A DNA stretch of 64,000 nucleotides, from positions 224,001 to 288,000 of the forward strand of contig JAVZJD010000001.1 of NCBI GenBank assembly GCA_038870975.1, in the 5' to 3' direction. Shown here piece by piece: positions 21,034-30,321 of the stretch. The notes under the pieces were generated by a model, which searched no databases, was not told the DNA's origin, and saw nothing but the letters and a program-made list of their open reading frames with translations. Numbering within the stretch: position 1 is the first letter of the stretch; each line of letters opens with the position of its first letter. This DNA is from Candidatus Bathyarchaeia archaeon (GTDB taxonomy: Archaea > Thermoproteota > CALKCG01 > B24). The position numbers and the translations under genes are program-made.

Positions 21034-22155
21034 CTAAACGGCTTTAAATCTCTTCCACCACTTATCATAGAGCTGTACCATGTCTTCGGAGACACTGGGC
21101 ATCCTATTTTTAATGATTTCGATAAAGTCATCCATTGTTATCGCCCTAGCTTCGCTTTCATTATTCTCAAATACCTCTCGAACTACTCTGATCTGTGCTT
21201 CTTGAACCACATCCCTGATATCGCTACCTGTATAACCCTCGGTTAATCTAGCGAGCTGGTTAAAATCTACACTTTCATCAAGCTTTAACCGTTTACAGTA
21301 CAATTTAAATAATTCGACCCGTGCTTCGTAGTTTGGTGGAGGTATGTATATTCTCTTCTGGAACCTACGTATGAAAGGTTCATCTAAACTCCAAGGTTTA
21401 TTTGTGGCACCTATGACGTAGAGGTAGAAGTTTTTATTTTTATCGTAAAGACCATCCATCTCTTTGAGTAATTGATTCCTAGCTCTAACCTCTCCTCCGA
21501 CTTCATGATCCCTTATCCCAACTAGGGAATCTATTTCATCTATGAATATAATCGTGGGTCTCCCCTTAAGCGAAAGCTGCCTAGCATTGTCGAAAAGAGC
21601 AGCCACGTTTTTCTCAGATTCACCGAGCCATTTAGACATTATAGTAGCAGAATCCACGTAGAAGAAGTTTGCATCGATTTCATTAGCCACAGCAGCAGCA
21701 AGCATAGTTTTACCACAACCGGGGGGTCCGAAAAACAGTATTCCTCTTGGCCATCCAAGTGGGAAAAGGTCTGGCCTTTTAACTGGATACACTATTGCTT
21801 CTGTTATGGCCCTTTTAGCTTCTTCTAAGTCTGCAATGTCGTCCCACTTGACATTCGGCCTATCTTTATCTTCAAGTAGATTAGATGTCTGGGCTTTCCC
21901 TGCCGATTTTACGTCAAAGCCGGTTGTTTCTAAATTTAGACTTTGAAAATCCTTAGCCCTCCTCAAGTACTCTTCTGCTTTTTCAGCGTAAATCCTAGCT
22001 TGGGGAGATTGGGGATATAACGAGCATACAGTTAAAAGTATTTCAGCGGCCCTATGATATTTAACAGCTGCTAACCTAGTTGCTCCCTGCTTATCTAGGT
22101 TTATAGCCTCTAAAACATTCTTTTCAGCCATCTTTATGAGTTCTTCGTAGGCCAT
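21034..22155 (-). CDS. cdvC: CdvC / Vps4 AAA+ ATPase with MIT domain
   Basis: N-terminal MIT helices, LFPLGWPRG, GPPGCGKT, FIDEID, ATNKPW, RRFQKR. Confidence 0.95.
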   Translation of the reverse strand: MAYEELIKMAEKNVLEAINLDKQGATRLAAVKYHRAAEILLTVCSLYPQSPQARIYAEKAEEYLRRAKDFQSLNLETTGFDVKSAGKAQTSNLLEDKDRPNVKWDDIADLEEAKRAITEAIVYPVKRPDLFPLGWPRGILFFGPPGCGKTMLAAAVANEIDANFFYVDSATIMSKWLGESEKNVAALFDNARQLSLKGRPTIIFIDEIDSLVGIRDHEVGGEVRARNQLLKEMDGLYDKNKNFYLYVIGATNKPWSLDEPFIRRFQKRIYIPPPNYEARVELFKLYCKRLKLDESVDFNQLARLTEGYTGSDIRDVVQEAQIRVVREVFENNESEARAITMDDFIEIIKNRMPSVSEDMVQLYDKWWKRFKAV

Positions 22156-22173
22156 GAATCCCCCCCGGTTAAG

Positions 22174-23004
22174 CTATATCACTTTTATAATACCCTTCTC
22201 CCTAAGACGTTTAATCGCATTTTTAACTTCATCAGTAGATAATCTAAGCTCGAGAGCACATTTACTAATGCTAATCTTACCCTGGTTTCTGACTATATAG
22301 TTGTAAACTTCTTCATCTATTCTTCTATTGATCCAATTTACAGTTCGTGTAGGAATAGAGGAGGATGTTGCGATACTGATCTCACCCTCTCCGAGTGGTT
22401 CACCTAGCTTGGGTAATTCTGGAAATCTCTCCTTAATCTTTTGTTCCGCGATTACCGAGGCTTCTTCAATTATATGCTGCGCTTCTTCGCTTAACACATG
22501 TGGCGTATCAAACCCTTGAGTAGAGACCCCGGTTTCGAGAACTGTTTGATTTAGAATTCTATGGATCTTATCAAGTTCATTTGAGACCTCGGGTACAATT
22601 CCAGAAAGCTTCTTACTGACCTCGCTGACGATTCCTATAACTGGAGATAGTTGAGCCATAATATCTCCAAATTCTTTGACAGTTTCAAGTCTTAGAATAA
22701 CACGTTCAATACTTAGCTGAGCGCTCATTATGAGTTTTGCCATATTTCTTATTTCTGCACATTCATTAGCGTACATCACGGCATGGGCTCTGTCGTTTGA
22801 AAGATGAGCACCTATACATTTCTCAAAAACTTGTCTATCTCTTCTCTGAAGCTTATTTAATGTATTTTCAAGCTTGTCCTTTTGAATCTGAAGGTTGTAA
22901 ATGGCCTTAACTATACGCTCCTTCAGAGGTTTATTTGATATCTTGAGCTTATCTTCAATCTTTCTCCAAAGGCTACGATCTTCGCTGGACCACCGTACCC
23001 TCAA
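22174..23004 (-). CDS. cdvB: CdvB, ESCRT-III with C-terminal winged helix
   Basis: Snf7 core (YANECAEIR, LRLETV), FPELP MIM2-like motif, C-terminal wHTH. Confidence 0.92.
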   Translation of the reverse strand: MRVRWSSEDRSLWRKIEDKLKISNKPLKERIVKAIYNLQIQKDKLENTLNKLQRRDRQVFEKCIGAHLSNDRAHAVMYANECAEIRNMAKLIMSAQLSIERVILRLETVKEFGDIMAQLSPVIGIVSEVSKKLSGIVPEVSNELDKIHRILNQTVLETGVSTQGFDTPHVLSEEAQHIIEEASVIAEQKIKERFPELPKLGEPLGEGEISIATSSSIPTRTVNWINRRIDEEVYNYIVRNQGKISISKCALELRLSTDEVKNAIKRLREKGIIKVI

Positions 23005-23023
23005 AGATCACCCTCCTTCGATG

Positions 23024-23782
23024 TCACTCTACGATTTTTACATTTATCGGGGAACCCTCTTTCTTATCTTTAGTACCCTTATCCTCCGTCTTCGATTCTC
23101 CAATATTGGAGGGTGTAAGTCCGCTTCCAATTTCAATCTTCGGTATAACTGGTTTGACTTCTGGCTTTATGGCTGAAGGGGGTTTAAAATCAAGTTTTGA
23201 AAGCTTCATTATAGTATGTTCGAGTTGTTCTTTCTCATTGAAGGATTTTGTTAGACCGTCTTCAACTATGGATATTGCATCCTTGAATAGGTCCTCGCCG
23301 ATTTCACCAGTAGATTTCTGCATTTTAAGACTTGTTCTAAACATCTGGAGTTCTTTTATTTGGCCATTCAGTTTATCTACGCGGGTTTTAAGTCTCGTAA
23401 TTAAGTTGTCTCTCTTATCCTTGAGTTCTTTTAGAGAGGCTTCATGTGTTTTCTTGAATTCATCGTAGGTTTCAGTAGGAATTTCACCCATCCTGAATAA
23501 TTCATCTAATGCCTGTATTCGTTTAATTGCTAAGTCGAGGGCTTTAGCTATCTCCATCGATTCCAGTTCCCACGGATAAAGATATACCAACGCCCCAGAT
23601 TCTATGCTAAACTGTTTACTTGGACACCTTAGGAAGTCGCCGTTTCCAAATTCAACCTCTACGTCTGTAACCTGCTGATTTACATCCGCTATAAGCCCCA
23701 CTATTCGACCAAGAGTTCTTCCATAGCTATCTCTCACATGTTTACCCAAAAACTTCTTAAACTCATTCAACTCAAAACTCAT
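23024..23782 (-). CDS. cdvA: CdvA cell-division protein
   Basis: PRC-barrel start (GKHVRDSYGRTLG), coiled coil, C-terminal beta peptide INVKIVE. ATG at 23782 follows an AGGAGGTGA RBS. Confidence 0.9.
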   Translation of the reverse strand: MSFELNEFKKFLGKHVRDSYGRTLGRIVGLIADVNQQVTDVEVEFGNGDFLRCPSKQFSIESGALVYLYPWELESMEIAKALDLAIKRIQALDELFRMGEIPTETYDEFKKTHEASLKELKDKRDNLITRLKTRVDKLNGQIKELQMFRTSLKMQKSTGEIGEDLFKDAISIVEDGLTKSFNEKEQLEHTIMKLSKLDFKPPSAIKPEVKPVIPKIEIGSGLTPSNIGESKTEDKGTKDKKEGSPINVKIVE

Positions 23783-23787
23783 GCATA

Positions 23788-24393
23788 TCACCTCCTAACA
23801 CGTTCAGATTCAGGAGATGGGAGCTCAGGAAGTCTCTCTTTCAGTTTTTGCTCTGCCAAGGCAGATGCTTCAGCTAGTATTTTCTGAGCTTCGCTACTCA
23901 TCGGTTCTAAGTCCCATCTTTGACCTGAGGCCTCTCCAACCTCTACCACCATTTTACTCAATTCATCGCCTATACGGCCAAGCTCATAACTAACCTCTGG
24001 AACTATGCCTCCAAGCTGTTTCCTTAAAGCTGTTATAACCCCTGCAACGGGCCCCATAACTGTTATAACATCTCCGAATTCCTCGATAGTCTCAAGCCTT
24101 AAAAGGACGTGTTCTAACGCGAGTTTGCTTTTCAGTAGGATTTTTGAGATCTTCCTGACTTCTGCGCACTCATTTGCGTAAAGGGAGGCCCGGGCGTCAT
24201 CTCCCATAGCTTGAGCGGCGACACATTTCTCGAATAGTTCCTTTTCGTGTTGTTCCATTCTTATAGACGTCATGTCAAGCTTACTCAGTTGACCTTTAAG
24301 TCTATATATAGTCTCATCTATTCTCTCTTTGAGCGGCTTCTCCCGTTTGACTACCCCAGTTGGCTTATCCCAACCTTTCAGTTTTTTACTCAT
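23788..24393 (-). CDS. ESCRT-III paralog without winged helix (CdvB1/B2-like)
   Basis: YANECAEVR, LRLETI, terminal LPELPSP MIM2-like motif. Confidence 0.9.
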   Translation of the reverse strand: MSKKLKGWDKPTGVVKREKPLKERIDETIYRLKGQLSKLDMTSIRMEQHEKELFEKCVAAQAMGDDARASLYANECAEVRKISKILLKSKLALEHVLLRLETIEEFGDVITVMGPVAGVITALRKQLGGIVPEVSYELGRIGDELSKMVVEVGEASGQRWDLEPMSSEAQKILAEASALAEQKLKERLPELPSPESERVRR

Positions 24394-24416
24394 GGATTCA
24401 CCTCAAGTCGGCGGAA

Positions 24417-24438
24417 GTTATAACGTTCAGAACTGAAC
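24417..24438. promoter_or_regulatory. Abutting palindromes GTTATAAC and GTTCAG-aa-CTGAAC upstream of the cdv cluster
   Basis: Located between a TATA-like element (about 24461-24468, minus) and the GAGGTGA RBS. Confidence 0.35.
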
Positions 24439-24729
24439 TTAAGGATAGTCTAAGATTTTTTAGTTAAACTTGACCTGTGAAGGTCTGAGTTTTTTCTTAC
24501 TCCAAAAACATCTTTTAAACTCACATATGCGAAGGTATTACGTACGTGTAGCTTTGCGTCTTATCCAGCGGAATACCATGATTAAAACTCACTTAATAAG
24601 TATCTTATTCATTATTCACATCTTAGATAATTACCAGCTCAAGACGCTTAGAATATATACGAGCATCAGTAATTTTAACCAAGCTCTTTCACCTATAGGG
24701 TTAGAATTCTCAAACTCTAAGGCGGGAGG

Positions 24730-25998
24730 TTACTTAGTTATGTTTGCTTCCTCTTCAAAGCATCTGATGTCTGTGAACAGTAGTGAAAGAGTTAGACATA
24801 GTGTCCCGAGAATACTACACCCTAGAAACAGATTAACTATACCCATGTAATCCGCTAATGGCCCCGAGATTATCATCCCCACGGGTGATGCGAGGTTGCA
24901 TAAAGTCATCATTACTGAGCTCACTCTACCGTATAGGTGTTTAGGGACGATTATTTGAACCAGTGTGATGAATGACACGTTTATAATCGGCAGACAGAAG
25001 TGTGATGCAAACATGGCAGATGCGATAAGCCAGAAGAAACCCTTAGGAGAAAGAGCTATAAGAGCATACATGGCGAAGAAGACGTAGAGAAAGTACATGG
25101 CAGTAAGCATCTTTCTTCTAAATCCTTTGATTACAGACATGAGTACTCCGCCAAGGAGCATTCCAATCTGGGAAGCCGCTACTATGAATGCTAACTCCGA
25201 TGCTTCACCTTGATGAGTAAATTTAATATAGTATGGAAGAAGGACGTCTAATGGCATGGCTAGGAAGTTAATCATCATAGCCATCATGAATACTGCCATA
25301 AAACCCTTAGTATGCTTTATGAAGGCTAAACCATCTATAAAATCTCTAGCGAAGGACGTTTTCTCCTCGCTGGTTTTTATTCTTCTAGTAGGTATTTTGA
25401 TCATCGTTAATGGAATTACGGCAATTAGAAAAGTTGTAACGTCAAGCCAGAGTATCTCATGAATCGCCCATATTTCCAACATCACAGCTGCTGTGATGGG
25501 CCCTATAAAGCCGACAGCACCGCCTAGTAAGAAGTTCAAACCATTTATACGGCTCAACTTATCGCTTGGAACCATAAGGGGGATTAAAGTAGATATTGCT
25601 GGTGCTTGAAAGGCTTGGAAAACACTTCTAACCGCGATTAGAACGATTAAAGTCCATACTGAGATTACGTTAAACCAGAACAGTAGTATAATCATCAGAG
25701 CGATTAAAGCCTGAAGAAAATCTGTAACACCTATCAGAATTTTACGGTTCCATCGATCAGCGAAGACGCCAGTGAAGGGTGTTAAAACTACGAAGGGTGT
25801 GAATGTTGCAAAAGATGCTATAGATAGGTATACAGTACTCCTAGTCTCAAGAGTTATCCACCATGTTATTACAAATTGAGCTACACTTGAACCTAGCATG
25901 GAGGTGAATTGTCCAGAGAGAAATATCAGATAGTGCTTAAAAGTTGTTTGAGATGGTTGTAAGTCCATAGCATCGCACCCTTCAACTTTAAATGTCAA
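24730..25998 (-). CDS. MFS transporter (MefA/DHA3-like H+ antiporter)
   Basis: About 12 TM helices, GQFTSMLGS, GVFADRWNRK motif A, GRVSS. Confidence 0.88.
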   Translation of the reverse strand: MTFKVEGCDAMDLQPSQTTFKHYLIFLSGQFTSMLGSSVAQFVITWWITLETRSTVYLSIASFATFTPFVVLTPFTGVFADRWNRKILIGVTDFLQALIALMIILLFWFNVISVWTLIVLIAVRSVFQAFQAPAISTLIPLMVPSDKLSRINGLNFLLGGAVGFIGPITAAVMLEIWAIHEILWLDVTTFLIAVIPLTMIKIPTRRIKTSEEKTSFARDFIDGLAFIKHTKGFMAVFMMAMMINFLAMPLDVLLPYYIKFTHQGEASELAFIVAASQIGMLLGGVLMSVIKGFRRKMLTAMYFLYVFFAMYALIALSPKGFFWLIASAMFASHFCLPIINVSFITLVQIIVPKHLYGRVSSVMMTLCNLASPVGMIISGPLADYMGIVNLFLGCSILGTLCLTLSLLFTDIRCFEEEANITK

Positions 25999-26166
25999 TA
26001 TAAATATCTATTGTACGACGGAATTAAAAATTAACGCACATAAAGAGATCATGAAGTGTGATGCAATCAAGTAGTTTCATGGCTAAAATTTGGATTTTCA
26101 ATTTAAATCATCGACTAGAAACGTAACTTCTCGATTTCAGTTAATTGAGATGCCTTCAAAGCTTAT

Positions 26167-27483
26167 TTACGGTATGTGCCAACACTCTATGAGTTTGTAT
26201 TTAATATCTTTCTTCTCCAAGCCGTACCTTGAAAGAGGCTTTGTAAGATGGCGTTGAGCCCTAGGAGGAGGAATGTATAAACCTGGTTTAATCTCTCTAG
26301 GCGTTTCAACTTCTAACTTATGCATGTTTGAATCTCTAAGTCCGCACTTTTCACACTTAAACCCTTTAGCACGGCCCATAGACTTCATAGTTGAATTGCA
26401 TTTGGGGCACTTAGGGTTGAAGTATTTAACATCCCTGGCAAGAGAAACTATTCTTATTTTTTCGAGGTTAATAGTCATAGTGCCGTTTAAAGGTCTAACA
26501 CCACCATAGATTTCTACTACATCGCCTGGGATAAGCTTTTTAACAGCTTCTCTGAAGCTACCAGTAGGCTCATAAGCAGCGCAATCGAAAAATCTATCTT
26601 TAAAGGCTATTTTAAAGATTACATGACCGCCAGGTACTACATGAGGCTTCTCACAGACAACTCCTTTAAATGCAACTGCTCTATACGGCTTAACATCCCT
26701 AGGATTTTCCACCCACTTAAGGTGGGCATCGGTACCTTGATTTGTTCTAAATATGACCCAGCGTTCTATGGGTTCATAGACATCGACTATTTTCATGGCT
26801 TTGACAAGCACAGTTGGGTCTTCTCCTCTAATTCCATACAATACAGGATCCGGCCCCCTGGGAGTTATAAGTATACGTCCAGTCTCGAGATCTAAGTTGT
26901 TAAAGGTCATAGGGCTTGTAACTCTATCCATTAAAAATACGCTTTCGGCAGAAACCATTCTAGGCATACCTCTGTAATCATCGGTCCTATAGGCTAGAAG
27001 CTCGTAGGTGTAATCATCCTGAAGTGTTTCACCTACTGCTGCTAATGCTCCGATAATTCCTTTAAGGCTTTTACTTGCATATACTTCAACGCCACATTTA
27101 CCAGCGACTTTTAAAGCGCAATCTACATTTAGAAAATCGTATAAAGCCATCTTAGAAAACATTTTAATTTTATTTGGAATAGTTCCGCTTAGGAAAACCA
27201 CCGCTGGATCTGCATCATGTTGAGAAAGCGTCTCAACCGTATGTAAGACCTCGTACTTAATTTTATCCATCTGTTCAACTTTAGTTTTCAATCTTATCGC
27301 AACAGCACCATTTCCCCTAGTTTTCCATGGGATATTAGGGTTTAACCTAATCAAAGCTGGGTAGTCTTGAAACTCTACATTTAGCTTTGTAAGCCTCTCA
27401 ATAAGCACGGCAGCAACATAAGTTGTACATCCCCCGTGTAAGGAGTCTGTATCGTCAATACCAATGTGCAGTGTAACGTCCAT
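26167..27483 (-). CDS. tiaS: tRNA(Ile2) agmatinylcytidine synthetase
   Basis: GIDDTDS..GGCTT, RLNPNIPWKTRGNG, GPDPVLYGIRG, TNQGTD, Zn ribbon, RHLTKP. Confidence 0.96.
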   Translation of the reverse strand: MDVTLHIGIDDTDSLHGGCTTYVAAVLIERLTKLNVEFQDYPALIRLNPNIPWKTRGNGAVAIRLKTKVEQMDKIKYEVLHTVETLSQHDADPAVVFLSGTIPNKIKMFSKMALYDFLNVDCALKVAGKCGVEVYASKSLKGIIGALAAVGETLQDDYTYELLAYRTDDYRGMPRMVSAESVFLMDRVTSPMTFNNLDLETGRILITPRGPDPVLYGIRGEDPTVLVKAMKIVDVYEPIERWVIFRTNQGTDAHLKWVENPRDVKPYRAVAFKGVVCEKPHVVPGGHVIFKIAFKDRFFDCAAYEPTGSFREAVKKLIPGDVVEIYGGVRPLNGTMTINLEKIRIVSLARDVKYFNPKCPKCNSTMKSMGRAKGFKCEKCGLRDSNMHKLEVETPREIKPGLYIPPPRAQRHLTKPLSRYGLEKKDIKYKLIECWHIP

Positions 27484-27528
27484 AACATAGCCCTCGACAA
27501 ACCAAGGTGAAAATTCCAGCCTATCAAA

Positions 27529-28089
27529 TTAAGCCTTAAACCAGTTGAATAGCAAGTATACGACCCTATTTTCATCGAGTTTAGGTATGGCTACTATAAA
27601 CCTTTTTCTGACAGTTGTAGCCAATCTACCAGACCTAACAATTTCAGTAGCACTTATGGTTTCATTTAGCATTTTAACTTGAACAATGTAAGGAGCATGA
27701 TCTATACCTGGACCTCTTCTATAGACCGCAAAGTCTGAACCGAACTTTATGCCTGTAGTTACTACATAACCCTTCTCTCTCAAATCCCGGTAAACGAGGT
27801 ATTTTCCATCAAATCCTTCTATAGCAAGTCTACCGTACTTCTTAACATCTTCTGCGGTGAGCTCTAAATTCGTCAACTGATCCAAGACCCTTATGAATCC
27901 CTTCTCTAGCAGATATGTTCCTTCTAAAAGATCTAATATTAAAGGCTTATCGAATTCGGCTGTTTTAGGTTTACTTATACCTACTGGTTTACCGTAAAAG
28001 CCGAGTTTATAGAGTCTCGATCCTTCCTCAGGATTCCAAACTATAATTCTATCACCTGCTAAAGTAGTAGTTATTAAAGAAGCTTTCAA
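27529..28089 (-). CDS. endA: tRNA-splicing endonuclease catalytic (alpha) subunit
   Basis: VYRDLREKGY, GIKFGSDFAVY, GPGIDHAPY, TVRK; crenarchaea-specific-loop-like GKPVGISKPK. Confidence 0.93.
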   Translation of the reverse strand: MKASLITTTLAGDRIIVWNPEEGSRLYKLGFYGKPVGISKPKTAEFDKPLILDLLEGTYLLEKGFIRVLDQLTNLELTAEDVKKYGRLAIEGFDGKYLVYRDLREKGYVVTTGIKFGSDFAVYRRGPGIDHAPYIVQVKMLNETISATEIVRSGRLATTVRKRFIVAIPKLDENRVVYLLFNWFKA

Positions 28090-29834
28090 ATAAGCTCACC
28101 CAAGCTTTCAAATGGAATTTCACAGTTGAAGAAGCCTCTAAGCTTATTCTCAATACTGTCAAGATGTGTTCTAACTTGCCTCCAGCTATCTCTATTCCTT
28201 AACGTGACTGTATTATCTTGGAGAGTTTGATAGTCTACTGTTAATGCTAATGGTATTCCCATTTCATCAGATCTTACATACCGTCTACCTATGGAGCCGG
28301 AGTCATCATAATACACTTCGAAGCCGAATTTTAACAGATGTCTATAGATCTCTAAAGCTTTCTCTGGAATACCGTCTTTGGTTACGAGTGGATATACGGC
28401 TATCTGTATTGGAGCTACAGTTATGGGAAGCTTGAGAACGACCCTTCCCTCACGTTCGGTGTAGGCATACTCTAAAACAGCGTAGAATATTCTTTCTAAG
28501 CCAAAACTTGGCTCTATTACATGAGGTATAAACTTTTTACCTTTTTCTTCAATAATGGACTCGCTTAGTTTAATGTGTTCAGATTTAACTAAGAAATCTC
28601 TAAGTTTAATTGTTCCATTACTGGCCAAACTATTGACTAAAGTTTCAGGTTCTATGCTCATTATCAGCTTCGCGACTATATCAGATTGCTCTCCAAAATC
28701 TCTACGTATGGCTTCATATTCTGGCTCCACTCGAATCTTTCTCGTAGTAGTAGGCTTCTCAAATTGCTTGTAAACCGTCATGTCAACGCCGCTGAAGTTC
28801 ATATGTCTTTTCAAGTCATAATCAGTCCTGTAATTATGACCTGATACTTCAACCCAACCCCACCTGTCGAGGTATACTTCTTGGTCGAATCCCTGAGAAG
28901 AGTAGTGCGCCCTCTCCCATGGAAGCTTTTCTACAAATCTTTGATAATCGTGAGGGATACCGAGGTTTTCCATAAATTGCTTAGCTCTAACCATGAAGTA
29001 CGCGAGCCACTCCATACCTATGAGACCCTTATCCAGACACTCTCTAACGGTAAGATCTACGGGCTCCTCGCAACCCTTTATTCTCACACTACTAGATACT
29101 ATCCTCAAAGACTCGTTTTCAACTTCACTTATCTTAGGACACTTGGGATCTTCGGGGTCGATGAAAAGCTCAAACTCCATTATTGTAAATTCTCTTAATC
29201 GTATTGGTCCTTGTCTCGGCGATATTTCATTTCTTAACACTTTACCAACTTGAGCTATAGCGAATGGGAGTTTTCCACGCTTTAACTCTAGAACCCTCTT
29301 AAAGGCTAGGAACATACCTTGAGCAGCTTCAGGTCTACCATAGCCGATATTTTCCATGTAGGGTCCGATGAAAGTCTTAAACATCGTAGTAAAATAGTAC
29401 GGCTCACTTAGATCGCCCCCACATTCGGGGCATTTTAAACCTCTATCTAAGACGAGCTTTTGGAGTGCTTTCAAATCCATATTTTCTACCTCAATACTAC
29501 TTAAGCCTAGAGTTTCTTCAATCAAATGGTCGGCTCTAAATCGTCTATTGCATTTCAGACAGTTAAATGCTGGCTCTTTGAAACTGTCGATGTGGCCTGA
29601 GGCTTTGAAAACTACTTCGGGATTAATTATGGGCGTTTCAACCTCTATGAAGCCCTCGTTTTTCACAAACCATTTAATCCACATGTCTGAAATCCTACGT
29701 TTAAGTAGGACTCCTAACGGACCATAGTCTAGAAAGCCACTAACACCACCATATATTTCAAAGGCCTCCCAGAAAAACCCTCTACTTTTAGCGAGCTTAA
29801 GTACCTTCTCGTACTTATCTGCCTTAAAATTCAT
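28086..29834 (-). CDS. glyS: Glycine--tRNA ligase (archaeal/eukaryotic type)
   Basis: IYGG, SGH, RPEAAQG, RNEISPRQG..RLREF, RAHYS, HVIEPSFG, GSIGRRY. Confidence 0.96.
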   Translation of the reverse strand: MNFKADKYEKVLKLAKSRGFFWEAFEIYGGVSGFLDYGPLGVLLKRRISDMWIKWFVKNEGFIEVETPIINPEVVFKASGHIDSFKEPAFNCLKCNRRFRADHLIEETLGLSSIEVENMDLKALQKLVLDRGLKCPECGGDLSEPYYFTTMFKTFIGPYMENIGYGRPEAAQGMFLAFKRVLELKRGKLPFAIAQVGKVLRNEISPRQGPIRLREFTIMEFELFIDPEDPKCPKISEVENESLRIVSSSVRIKGCEEPVDLTVRECLDKGLIGMEWLAYFMVRAKQFMENLGIPHDYQRFVEKLPWERAHYSSQGFDQEVYLDRWGWVEVSGHNYRTDYDLKRHMNFSGVDMTVYKQFEKPTTTRKIRVEPEYEAIRRDFGEQSDIVAKLIMSIEPETLVNSLASNGTIKLRDFLVKSEHIKLSESIIEEKGKKFIPHVIEPSFGLERIFYAVLEYAYTEREGRVVLKLPITVAPIQIAVYPLVTKDGIPEKALEIYRHLLKFGFEVYYDDSGSIGRRYVRSDEMGIPLALTVDYQTLQDNTVTLRNRDSWRQVRTHLDSIENKLRGFFNCEIPFESLGELI

Positions 29835-29913
29835 GAATCTTCCCACTGAAGAATATAGAAAACACAATAGCCGTATATTATCCTTTTCTTTCACACGTGT
29901 CTATATAAAACAG

Positions 29914-30072
29914 CTAAACGGCTTTTACCTTTTTGACAACGGGAGGTCTTACCTTTGTTAAGATTTTACATCCACATTCAGGGCATTTAAGGTCTGGACT
30001 TAACTTCAGCCTTCCATATGGTATTAAAGTGCCGCATTTAAAACACTTGTAGAATATTTCACTTGAAGCCAT
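29914..30072 (-). CDS. rpo12: RNA polymerase subunit Rpo12 (P), 52 aa; not in the ORF track
   Basis: Manual translation MASSEIFYKCFKCG...KCPECGCKILTKVRPPVVKKVKAV. Confidence 0.88.
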   Translation of the reverse strand: MASSEIFYKCFKCGTLIPYGRLKLSPDLKCPECGCKILTKVRPPVVKKVKAV

Positions 30073-30321
30073 TAGCTTCTATTGTAAATAGACTCAGCTT
30101 AAAACTTTTCTATAATCTTCATTTATGGAGTTTTAAGCCTTTCAGCATAACCGTTAGTTTAAGACTTAGATTTTTCTATATCAGATAGAAGATACCATTA
30201 GATCGACGTTAGATACCCAGTTAAAGGCTTATCGTCTTTGACGCCTTAATATTAATTTGAAGTACCCCGCTAATGAAAAAATTTGAAGAGTTTAGAAGAT
30301 ATTTCATAAAGAAGTAAACCC

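Noticed and set aside
24470-24850. 126-aa plus-strand ORF and many other short antisense ORFs in the track
   Set aside because: They overlap well-supported genes on the opposite strand or lack motifs and an RBS; treated as shadow ORFs
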